NCBI GenBank assembly: GCA_046582565.1
Contig: JAYGED010000241.1
Location: forward strand, 1,071 to 65,070
Direction of reading: 5' to 3'
From: Alphaproteobacteria bacterium
GTDB lineage: Bacteria; Pseudomonadota; Alphaproteobacteria; JAAXGF01
DNA length: 64,000 bases
Shown here: piece by piece, positions 56,159 through 64,000 of the stretch
Numbering within the stretch: the stretch's first letter is position 1
Layout of the letters: each line of letters opens with the position of its first letter
Position numbers and translations under genes: made by a program
The notes under the pieces: generated by a model
The model's input: only the letters and a program-made list of their open reading frames with translations
Database searches by the model: none
What the model was told of the DNA's origin: nothing

Positions 56159-59008
56159 ATGAAGTTTGTCTGGATAGCGCCGAGAGGATTGACGAAGGTC
56201 CTCGCGGTGCTGGGGTTAATCGTGAGTGGTTTGGCGTCGGCTGCGTCGGCTGGCTCCGCATGGGCGGGCATCTTCCCGCTTGTGCCGGAAAGCTCGCTGA
56301 TCGTTCCCGTCGCGCTCACCAGAAAAGCCGCTCCGGACGCCGACACGGCGACCGGCCCGGAAAGCCGTCTGGTGGTGCGCGAGATGACCGTCTCCTCGGG
56401 CGATACCCTGGCGGCCATGCTCGCCGTTGCCGCCATCGACCGGCGCGACGTGGCGGCGGCCATGAGCAAGCTTCGCAAGCGCTTCAATCCGCGTAAACTG
56501 GTCGTTGGCCAGAAGCTTTTCGTGATTGTCGAGACCGGGCATCGCGGAGCGAATCGGCTCGCCGCCCTCAGCCTGGAACTGGGCAAGGCATCCTATCTCA
56601 TCATCGAGCGCCAGGGCGGGCGTCGTTTCGCCTCCCGTTATATGACCGGTCCGCTGCTGCTTGACGCCGGCGACATCCATACGGCCGGGGCGGTAGAACA
56701 GGCCTTGCGCGTGCGCGCGGGCGACACCCTGACCGGCATGATGGTTCGCGCCGGGGCTCATATCGACGACGCCGACAAGGCGTCCCGCGCCATCGGACGG
56801 CTGGTCAATCTGCGGCGGCTGCAAATCGGCCAGGAAGTGATCCTGTCATTCGAGCCGAACGGCGGCATTCGCGCCGCCCTCTCCGCGGTCAGCCTGAAAA
56901 TCGCCCGCGACGTCTATGTGACGGCCACGCGCGGCGGCAAAGGCACATTCACCGCCCGGCGCGCGGAAAGCCCGGCTATTCCCGATCCCGTAGAGGCCGC
57001 TCCCGCCGCTGTCACGGCCCCCACCGACGTTGCCGTGGAAACACCGCCGAAAGCTCAGCCCGAAGTCCCATTGGAAGCCAAAGTACTGGAAGAAGCCGAG
57101 CTGGAGCCTGATCTCGACGACGAATATCGCCAGACCTACCGCATCGGTAGGGGCGACACCCTGTCCGGGGTGTTGGTGCGGGGCGGCGTGAAGCTCAAGC
57201 TGGCATACCTGGTATCGGGCGCGCTGGGCACGCAATACAATCTTCGCAAGCTGCGAGTCGGCCAGGATCTGACCCTGGTGTTCGATCCCGGCTCGGCGAC
57301 GCGAAAGGGCGGTCTCGCCGCCGTCAGCCTCAAGCTCAAGCGCGGCAAATATATCGTGGCGGGCCGCGATGAGGCCGGTGGGTTCTTCGCCCAGGCCGCT
57401 ACAGCGCCGCTGATTCCCAGCTTCCGTAATGAAGATCTATTGGTTGCCGATGGCAGTCTAGGCGTGGCGCCGCCGTTGCAGCTCACCGCCGGCGCCGTCT
57501 TCAAGGCCTTGCAGTTGCGGCAAGGCGATACTCTGACGACCGCCTTGCTGCGTATCGGCGGCGCCTGGAGCGAGAGCGATGCGATCATTGCCGCCCTGGC
57601 GCGCCATGTTAACCCGCGCCGTCTGACGGCCGGACAGGAACTATCGGCCGTGTTGGACAAACCAGCGCCCGGCTCGGTGCGGCCCCGGCTTGTCGCCGTC
57701 AGCCTGACCGTGAGCGAAGGTTCATACGTTGTCGCCCGCCGCAATGACGACGACAGCTTCACCGCCTGGCAGGAGCGCAATCCTCTCGATGCCATATACG
57801 ACGAGGCGATCCTCTTGGCACCGCCGCCGCCGATCGAACTGGCGGCGATCCCGGAGGACGCCGTCAACAAGCGGATCGACGTGCGCGCCGGCGATACGCT
57901 GATGAAGGCGTTGCTCAAGGCGGGCAGCGAGTCGCGTGACGCTGAGGCCGCCATCGCCGTGCTCAAGACCCTGTTCGATCCCCGCAAGCTGCGCGCCGGA
58001 CAGCGGCTCGACGTTGCCCTCGTGCCCAATGCCGACAGCGGCAAGCCTATGCTGCATCGCCTGACCATCGCTATCTCTCCCGGGCGCGACATCGAAGCGG
58101 GACGCCTTGCGGACGGCAGTTTTGCCGTGCGCGTCGTCGAGGCGCCGCTTGAGCGGCTCTTGGTCCACGCCGGCGGAACGATTCAATCGAGCCTCTATAA
58201 GGCTGCCGCCGGTGCCGGGGTTCCGGTGCCGGTGCTGTGGGAGCTGATCCGCGCCTTCAGCTACGATGTGGATTTCCAGCGGGAAATCCAGCGCGGCGAC
58301 GGCTTCGAGGTTCTGTTCGAGCGCTATCTCGACGACACCGGCGAGCCGGTGCGCGAAGGCAATATCATCTATGCGGCGCTCACTTTGAGCGGCGCGCCGC
58401 TTGCCATCTATCGCCATGTGGGGCGCGACGGCTTCGCCGATTATTACAGCAATGACGGCCAGAGCGTGCGCAAGGCGCTGCTGCGCACGCCAATTGACGG
58501 CGCCCGCCTGACTTCGGGCTACGGTAAGCGCAAGCATCCGGTGCTGGGCTATACCAAGATGCATCGCGGGGTTGATTTCGGCGCCAGCCGGGGAACCCCC
58601 TTCATGGCGGCGGGCGACGGCGTGGTGGTCGCCGCCGGCTGGAACGGCTCTTATGGCAAATACATCCGCATCCGCCATCGGGGCTCCTATTCGACGGCCT
58701 ATGCCCATCTCAGCCGCATCGCCTCGGGCGTGCATAAGGGCCGCCGGGTGAAGCAGGGCCAGGTGATCGGCTATGTCGGCACCACCGGGCGCTCGACCGG
58801 GCCGCATCTGCATTACGAGGTTCTGCGCTCCGGCAAGCAGATGAACCCGCTCAAGGTCAAGCTGCCGGCCGGCGCCAAGCTCAAGGGGAGCGCGCTCGCC
58901 GCCTTCCAAAAATCGCGGATCGAGATCGAACAGCAGCTCGTCGCCTTGCCCCTGGTCAAGCGCGTCGCCGACGCCATGCTGCCCCCGGCGGAGCCCGTCA
59001 GCCCCTAA
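56159..59008 (+). CDS. M23-family (LytM) peptidoglycan endopeptidase with five N-terminal LysM-like repeats (DipM-like)
   Basis: Signal peptide; five ~100-aa repeats each containing GDTL...L..GQ LysM-like core; C-terminal M23 domain with HxGVD and HLHYE zinc motifs. Confidence 0.8.
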   Translation: MKFVWIAPRGLTKVLAVLGLIVSGLASAASAGSAWAGIFPLVPESSLIVPVALTRKAAPDADTATGPESRLVVREMTVSSGDTLAAMLAVAAIDRRDVAAAMSKLRKRFNPRKLVVGQKLFVIVETGHRGANRLAALSLELGKASYLIIERQGGRRFASRYMTGPLLLDAGDIHTAGAVEQALRVRAGDTLTGMMVRAGAHIDDADKASRAIGRLVNLRRLQIGQEVILSFEPNGGIRAALSAVSLKIARDVYVTATRGGKGTFTARRAESPAIPDPVEAAPAAVTAPTDVAVETPPKAQPEVPLEAKVLEEAELEPDLDDEYRQTYRIGRGDTLSGVLVRGGVKLKLAYLVSGALGTQYNLRKLRVGQDLTLVFDPGSATRKGGLAAVSLKLKRGKYIVAGRDEAGGFFAQAATAPLIPSFRNEDLLVADGSLGVAPPLQLTAGAVFKALQLRQGDTLTTALLRIGGAWSESDAIIAALARHVNPRRLTAGQELSAVLDKPAPGSVRPRLVAVSLTVSEGSYVVARRNDDDSFTAWQERNPLDAIYDEAILLAPPPPIELAAIPEDAVNKRIDVRAGDTLMKALLKAGSESRDAEAAIAVLKTLFDPRKLRAGQRLDVALVPNADSGKPMLHRLTIAISPGRDIEAGRLADGSFAVRVVEAPLERLLVHAGGTIQSSLYKAAAGAGVPVPVLWELIRAFSYDVDFQREIQRGDGFEVLFERYLDDTGEPVREGNIIYAALTLSGAPLAIYRHVGRDGFADYYSNDGQSVRKALLRTPIDGARLTSGYGKRKHPVLGYTKMHRGVDFGASRGTPFMAAGDGVVVAAGWNGSYGKYIRIRHRGSYSTAYAHLSRIASGVHKGRRVKQGQVIGYVGTTGRSTGPHLHYEVLRSGKQMNPLKVKLPAGAKLKGSALAAFQKSRIEIEQQLVALPLVKRVADAMLPPAEPVSP

Positions 59009-59076
59009 CCGCTTGGTTCCGCGCTGATACCCGACCGAGCCAGGACCGCCCTATCTCCGATCTGGGACACTGATCT

Positions 59077-59586
59077 ATGACTGAGCTTGAATTCGAGCAG
59101 TGGATACAGGACCCCTATCTCATCAGCACCGACCAGGAACGCCTTGATGTTGCCTTCATTCACGGCTACATCACCGCCGCTTACTGGGCCAGGGGACGCT
59201 TTTGCGAGCAGGTGCAGCGCTCCATAGAAGGCTCAATCGCCTTCGGCCTGTATCACAACACCGAGCAGATCGGCTTCGCGCGGGTCATTACAGACTACGC
59301 TACGACCGCCCATCTCGCCGATGTCTTCGTCATCGACGCCCACCAAGGCAAAGGCCTCGGCAAGAGGCTCATCGAAGCCGCGCTCAACCATCCGCGAGTT
59401 CGGTCAATTCCAAAATGGACCCTGTCATCGTCGGACGCCCAATCGCTCTACTACCGATACGGCTTTAAACCCCTGTCGGACCCGGGCTCCCTGATGGAAC
59501 GGGTGAGCGCAAACTCTGATACATTATCGACGATAATAAGGGGCGAGCCCGGCGAGGCCCGCCCCTATTTCCAATCTTCGAGCTGA
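59077..59586 (+). CDS. GNAT-family N-acetyltransferase
   Basis: Acetyl-CoA binding motif (QGKGLGKRLIEAA) in 169-aa protein. Confidence 0.75.
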   Translation: MTELEFEQWIQDPYLISTDQERLDVAFIHGYITAAYWARGRFCEQVQRSIEGSIAFGLYHNTEQIGFARVITDYATTAHLADVFVIDAHQGKGLGKRLIEAALNHPRVRSIPKWTLSSSDAQSLYYRYGFKPLSDPGSLMERVSANSDTLSTIIRGEPGEARPYFQSSS

Positions 59587-59594
59587 TGAAGTCT

Positions 59595-59753
59595 TTAGCG
59601 GCTGCTGTTGTCGAAGCCGATGTCTTTTAGGGTGTCTTCGTCGAGTTCCGGGCAGCGGTTGCGGCGCGGCGCGGCGGAGATCATGCGGGCGACCTCGACG
59701 GCGTCCAGGCCCCGGATGCTCTGGCGATCAATAGTGGCGTCGAAATTCCTCAT
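59595..59753 (-). CDS. DUF1127-family small protein (52 aa), not in ORF track
   Basis: ATG 59753 with strong AAGGAGAT RBS; MRNFDATIDRQSIRGLDAVEVARMISAAPRRNRCPELDEDTLKDIGFDNSSR* has the C-terminal L.D.GL/F signature of DUF1127. Confidence 0.55.
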   Translation of the reverse strand: MRNFDATIDRQSIRGLDAVEVARMISAAPRRNRCPELDEDTLKDIGFDNSSR

Positions 59754-59845
59754 GTCATATCTCCTTTACGGACTGGCTTTAGGTTAGGTTTTTTCTGTCT
59801 GAGTAGAGATATAGGTATTCTCGTTACATGAATCAAATTCGTTGT

Positions 59846-59872
59846 ATTCAGTAATTTACTGAATATAATTCA
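59846..59872. promoter_or_regulatory. overlapping palindromes ATTCAGTAATTTACTGAAT and TGAATATAATTCA just upstream of LysR gene (divergent from DUF1127 gene)
   Basis: Perfect 9-1-9 and 5-3-5 dyads seen directly 5-30 bp upstream of ATG 59877; LysR-type autoregulatory box candidate. Confidence 0.5.
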
Positions 59873-59876
59873 GCCC

Positions 59877-60812
59877 ATGTATGCCACCCTGAGACCCCGG
59901 CTTGAGGTTCGACATCTGCGCATGCTGGTCGCCATCGACGAGGCGGGCAGCGTTGCCGACGCCGCCGATTTGCTGGGGGTCTCGGCCTCGGCCCTGACCC
60001 ACCGCATCCGCGAAGCCGAGCGCCGCCTCGGCGTTGCTCTCTACAGCCGCGTCAAGGGCCGCCTGCGCCCGACCCCGGCGAGCGACGTGCTGCGCCAGTC
60101 GGCCGAGCGCCTGCTTACCGACCTAGACCGCTCCGAGGCGGTTGCCCGGGCCTATTTCAGCGGCGTCGAGCATGTGGTGCGGCTCGGCATCGGCTTCTAC
60201 ACCGCCTATCACTGGCTGCCCTGGTTTCTCAAGCGGCTGCGCGCCCAAGCGCCCGACCTGGATGTGGAGATCGTCGCCGGCGCCGCGCGCAGGCCGCTCG
60301 ACATGCTGGGCGAGGGCGGTATCGATCTGGCCATTGTCGGCGGCGAACCGAACCAGGCCGGTATATCCGGGGTGCGCCTGTTCAACGATGAGCTGGTGGC
60401 CATCATGGCGCCCGAGCATCGCCTCGCCGGCAGGGCCTATGTGGTGGCCGAAGATTTTATCGACGAGGATTATCTATCCTATTCGCGGACCGTCATGCCG
60501 GGCCATGAGCACGACCGCTTGTTCCGCCCGGCGGAAGTCCATCCCCGGCGCTATATCACCGTGGAGCTTCCCGAGGCCATCGTCGAGCTGGTCGCCGCCG
60601 GCTTCGGGGTCAGCGTCCTGGCCGGATGGGCGGTGGCGCCGCAGGTGCGCTGGGGCGCCATTGCCTCTTCAAGGCTGACCGAGAATGGACTCGACATCGA
60701 CTGGTATGCCGCGGTGCGCGAGACCGAGGGCGCTGACTCGCCCGGCCGCCGTCTGGCGAGCGCCCTCGCTGCCTGGTGCCGCGAGACGCCCGATGCTTTC
60801 GCCATTCGATAG
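59877..60812 (+). CDS. LysR-family transcriptional regulator
   Basis: HTH (LRMLVAIDEAGSVADAADLLGVSASALTHRIREAE) + LysR_substrate domain. Confidence 0.85.
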   Translation: MYATLRPRLEVRHLRMLVAIDEAGSVADAADLLGVSASALTHRIREAERRLGVALYSRVKGRLRPTPASDVLRQSAERLLTDLDRSEAVARAYFSGVEHVVRLGIGFYTAYHWLPWFLKRLRAQAPDLDVEIVAGAARRPLDMLGEGGIDLAIVGGEPNQAGISGVRLFNDELVAIMAPEHRLAGRAYVVAEDFIDEDYLSYSRTVMPGHEHDRLFRPAEVHPRRYITVELPEAIVELVAAGFGVSVLAGWAVAPQVRWGAIASSRLTENGLDIDWYAAVRETEGADSPGRRLASALAAWCRETPDAFAIR

Positions 60813-60880
60813 CGGGCCTTGCCGCGCGGCCATGAAGTCCTATACTGCGCGCCGCTTCGATACATCTTGGGAATAATGAC

Positions 60881-62089
60881 ATGAGCGGCGACGTGAAGAA
60901 GGTGGTGCTGGCCTATTCCGGGGGACTCGATACCTCGGTCATCCTGAAATGGCTGCAAATCGAATATGCTTGCGAGGTTATCGCTTTCACCGCCGATCTC
61001 GGCCAGGGCGAAGACCTGGAGCCGGCGCGCAAGAAGGCCGAGATGCTGGGTTGTTCTGAGATCTACGTTGAGGACCTGCGCGAGGAATTCGTGCGCGACT
61101 TCGTCTTCCCGATGTTTCGCGCCAATGCGCTCTATGAGGGCGTCTATCTGCTCGGCACTTCCATCGCCCGGCCGCTGATCGCCAAGCGGCAGATCGAGAT
61201 CGCCCGAGAATGCGGCGCCGACGCAGTGGCCCATGGCGCCACCGGCAAGGGCAATGACCAAATACGCTTCGAGCTTACCTACTACGCCCTGAATGCGGAT
61301 ATCCGGGTGATTTCGCCCTGGCGCGAATGGGATTTGAATTCGCGCACCCGGCTGCTCGAATTCGCCGAGAGCCACCAGATCCCCATTGCCAAGGATAAGC
61401 GCGGCGAGGCGCCCTATTCGGTCGACGCCAACCTGTTGCATCTGAGCACCGAGGGCAAGGCGCTGGAAGACCCCTGGGTCGAGGCCGAGGAGTATGTCTA
61501 CCAGCGCACCGTGGCGCCCGAGGCGGCGCCCGACGAGCCCTGCTACATCGAGATAGGCTTCGAGGTCGGCGATCCGATTTCGGTGGATGGCGAGACCCTG
61601 TCGCCGGCCAGCCTGCTCACGAGGCTCAATGAACTTGGCGGCGCCCACGGGATCGGTCGCCTCGATTTGCTGGAGAACCGCTTCATCGGCATGAAGTCGC
61701 GGGGCATCTACGAGACCCCCGGCGGCACCATATTGCTCGCCGCCCACCGGGCCATGGAGAGCATTACCCTGGAACGCGGCGCCGCCCACCTCAAGGACGA
61801 GCTGATGCCGCGCTACGCCGAGCTGATCTATAACGGTTTCTGGTATTCGCCGGAGCGCGAAATGCTTCAGGCGGCGATCGATCAGAGCCAGTCAAACGTC
61901 ACCGGCACGGTCAGGCTCAAGCTCTATAAGGGCTCGGTTGCGGCCGTCGGGCGCAAGGCTCCCGGCAGCCTCTACAGCCGCGCTCATGTCACCTTCGAGG
62001 AAGACGATGTCTATAATCAGCAGGACGCCGAAGGCTTCATCAAGCTCAACGCCCTGCGTCTGAGGCTGCTGGCGCAACGGCGAAGCTAG
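60881..62089 (+). CDS. argG: argininosuccinate synthase
   Basis: [11 protein letters not shown]-loop, conserved core throughout (e.g. [13 protein letters not shown], SxDxNL); 402 aa. Confidence 0.92.
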   Translation: MSGDVKKVVLAYSGGLDTSVILKWLQIEYACEVIAFTADLGQGEDLEPARKKAEMLGCSEIYVEDLREEFVRDFVFPMFRANALYEGVYLLGTSIARPLIAKRQIEIARECGADAVAHGATGKGNDQIRFELTYYALNADIRVISPWREWDLNSRTRLLEFAESHQIPIAKDKRGEAPYSVDANLLHLSTEGKALEDPWVEAEEYVYQRTVAPEAAPDEPCYIEIGFEVGDPISVDGETLSPASLLTRLNELGGAHGIGRLDLLENRFIGMKSRGIYETPGGTILLAAHRAMESITLERGAAHLKDELMPRYAELIYNGFWYSPEREMLQAAIDQSQSNVTGTVRLKLYKGSVAAVGRKAPGSLYSRAHVTFEEDDVYNQQDAEGFIKLNALRLRLLAQRRS

Positions 62090-62094
62090 GAGCC

Positions 62095-63006
62095 CTACCC
62101 ACCGTTTTGGCCGGCCACGGCGATCATCACGCCGTCCCAGGTGATATCGCCCGTATCGTTCTGTATGGGATTTGCGGTGTTTCGGATCCATACCGCCTTG
62201 CCCGCCGGATCGACGATGCGATATTCGACATCGATAGGCGTGAGGTAATCCGTCGATTTATTCCACGCGGTATGCCAAATACCGCCATCGTCAGGATGGT
62301 TGGTCGTGCCCGAGATAACGGCCTCACGAATCAGAACGCGATCCTCGATATCCCTCCCGAAGCCGGGCAGCAGACGGCGCAGGCCGTTGATATAGGGATA
62401 GGATACGGTTCCATCCGCCTTTCGCACCCGCCTGTATAGGGCGCAGGGGACATTAGAGAGGATACTGGAAAGCCGTGCCAAATCGCCGCCGAGCGCTTTG
62501 CTGGCGATCATGGTATCGCTGATGTCGGACGCCGCGAAGATGACCAGCGACCAGTCTTCCAGATGGTTTTGGTGTATCACCGCACGGTTGCGGACCCACA
62601 GCGGTTTGCCGTCGAAGCATTGCTCTTGATCCTCGGTCATGAAGGCGGTCTTGCCCGACGCAAAGGCGACCACCTGATCGCGAAACGCGCTGAGTTCGTG
62701 TTCGCCCATGGACATGCCCTCGGTGGTGTCGATCAACGCCTGCTTATTCGGCGCTCGGTAAAGGGTCACGCTCGTCCAATTGACATCGTGAACCTCAATC
62801 AGGCTGGCGAGGTCTTTGAGCTGCTCCGGATAGTCGATAAAATAGGCCCATAAGTCGACGATGCCGCGCCGCTTCAAGTCGTCGGTGAATCGTTTGGCCG
62901 CCGACCAGTCCTCGATCCAGATCGAGACCGGCACGGATTCGTAAATATCCCGGTAGCTGAAACTGTCGTTCAGGCCGGCAGGGCCCTGAAAATCATCCAT
63001 CACCAT
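62095..63006 (-). CDS. PAS-domain sensory protein (two PAS-like folds, no output domain)
   Basis: PAS_3/PAS_4-like segments (...WIED..., ...VEYRIVDPAGKAVWIRNTANPIQND...). Confidence 0.55.
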   Translation of the reverse strand: MVMDDFQGPAGLNDSFSYRDIYESVPVSIWIEDWSAAKRFTDDLKRRGIVDLWAYFIDYPEQLKDLASLIEVHDVNWTSVTLYRAPNKQALIDTTEGMSMGEHELSAFRDQVVAFASGKTAFMTEDQEQCFDGKPLWVRNRAVIHQNHLEDWSLVIFAASDISDTMIASKALGGDLARLSSILSNVPCALYRRVRKADGTVSYPYINGLRRLLPGFGRDIEDRVLIREAVISGTTNHPDDGGIWHTAWNKSTDYLTPIDVEYRIVDPAGKAVWIRNTANPIQNDTGDITWDGVMIAVAGQNGG

Positions 63007-63077
63007 AGTACAATGATGTTACGGAGAGAGACGGGCTCGCAGCTTATCAATTCGCTGATTTGAGCGGTAGTAATCTA

Positions 63078-63770
63078 TTAAGGAATTAGCGGAGAGACCC
63101 CGATCACCGTCTGATGGCCGAGCAGCAGCACCCCATAAAGTGCAACACCGCCGGCGATTCGCCAGACGCCGATTTGGCCCAGAGTCACCCTGGCGCGGCC
63201 GGACATGATGGCGGCAAAGGGCACCATCGATGTGCCCGCCTCGAAGGACTGCCAGGCTTCGCCCATCATCGCCCGGCGGCGGTCGATGGCCGGCATACCG
63301 GCCAGAGCGAGGCCGGCGAAGGCGCCGAAGAAGATCAACGAGGCCGCATCTCCATTGGGGATCATATGGGCCAAGGCCCAGAGCGTGATCGCCCACATCA
63401 CCGGATGGCGGGTTACCAGGAGAATACCGGGGATGGACTCGACCGACTTAGGCTTGTTCCAATACATCGCCGTTGGGTTGCGTCCGCTTAACCCCGCGAC
63501 CAGTAAGATTGCGGCAAACGGCATAAGGCTCAGGGTGACGTGGCGCGTCCAGGCCGCTGCTGGCCATAGCTCCCAATAAGGCGCCGCGCCATAGGCTTTC
63601 ACCAACCACACCAAGGCGCCCAGGGCAACGACGCCATGGACCGCCCTAAACGCCTTTTCGCCGAGCCGCGAAACCAACAGCGCGCGCCCCCGCGGATGGG
63701 AGAGGGCGAAATGGCTGGCGATGAAAAAGACCGCCGCCATGGCGAGTCCGGTCATGGCTAAAGCCGTCAA
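63078..63770 (-). CDS. NnrU-family integral membrane protein
   Basis: Polytopic membrane protein with conserved HP..W and RHP segments typical of NnrU/NnuR (PF07298-like). Confidence 0.55.
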   Translation of the reverse strand: MTALAMTGLAMAAVFFIASHFALSHPRGRALLVSRLGEKAFRAVHGVVALGALVWLVKAYGAAPYWELWPAAAWTRHVTLSLMPFAAILLVAGLSGRNPTAMYWNKPKSVESIPGILLVTRHPVMWAITLWALAHMIPNGDAASLIFFGAFAGLALAGMPAIDRRRAMMGEAWQSFEAGTSMVPFAAIMSGRARVTLGQIGVWRIAGGVALYGVLLLGHQTVIGVSPLIP

Positions 63771-64000
63771 TCAACCAACGGGCGGTCGACGCCGCGCCGC
63801 CGGCAGGCGGCGGTCACCGTGTTGTGCAACAGACAAGCGATGGTCATGGGGCCGACTCCACCGGGCACCGGAGTGATCGCACCGGCGACGCTCTGCGCCT
63901 CTGCGAAAGCGACATCGCCGACCAGCCGGGTCTTGCCGTCCTCTTTCTCAATGCGGTTGATGCCGACATCGATCACCGTGGCGCCCGGCTTGATCCAGTC
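63767..64000 (-). CDS. folD: bifunctional methylenetetrahydrofolate dehydrogenase/cyclohydrolase, C-terminal part (5' end outside window)
   Basis: ...[20 protein letters not shown]...[22 protein letters not shown] matches FolD C-terminus. Confidence 0.8.
   Translation of the reverse strand, partial: DWIKPGATVIDVGINRIEKEDGKTRLVGDVAFAEAQSVAGAITPVPGGVGPMTIACLLHNTVTAACRRRGVDRPLVD

Overview
This is a high-GC (~65%) alphaproteobacterial chromosomal window, probably Rhodospirillales-like.

Gene content from start to end:
- dapF (3' end), mtaB, ftsY.
- A ~2.7 kb low-GC (~40-47%) accessory patch: an AT-rich orphan ORF, a GNAT-toxin/DUF1778-antitoxin (TacAT-type) module, a SAM methyltransferase and a small ORF. 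It ends at a 47-nt 3' fragment of a tRNA-Arg gene.
- A ~14 kb catabolic cluster: a Dpp-type ABC transporter, two convergent M24 peptidase paralogs, an L-carnitine-dehydrogenase-like 3HCDH, a CaiD-like crotonase, an acyl-CoA dehydrogenase and an ADP-forming acyl-CoA synthetase. It ends at an intact tRNA-Arg(CCT). The fragment and the intact gene are in direct-repeat geometry.
- Tandem PagL-like outer-membrane deacylases, a disrupted thermonuclease, an M48 peptidase, a UxaA-family dehydratase, and the lipid A late-step operon (lpxL-lpxK-waaA-DUF374-msbA) interrupted by a ~263 bp MITE-like element.
- A LysR-controlled HpaB/HpaC-type two-component monooxygenase and a SnoaL-like gene with an in-frame amber stop.
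- cysQ-like, pmbA/tldD, ubiD, nfeD-SPFH and a GMC oxidoreductase preceded by an 11-copy heptanucleotide tandem repeat.
- gapR, a lower-GC DUF350 + membrane-anchored S1 protease pair, an esterase, DUF1244, YbdK + N-formylglutamate amidohydrolase, an amidohydrolase, glycerate kinase and pyk.
- TauE, two paralogous secreted Cys-motif proteins in an operon with a frameshifted senC/SCO1, and an ALDH7-type dehydrogenase.
- A 5xLysM-M23 DipM-like peptidase, a GNAT, an unlisted DUF1127 small gene, a LysR regulator, argG, a PAS protein, NnrU and the folD 3' end.

No CRISPR array, integrase or transposase was recognised. The most interesting signals are the tRNA-Arg direct-repeat-bounded catabolic cluster, the nested-palindrome element inside the lipid A operon, the heptamer repeat, and three reading-frame disruptions.
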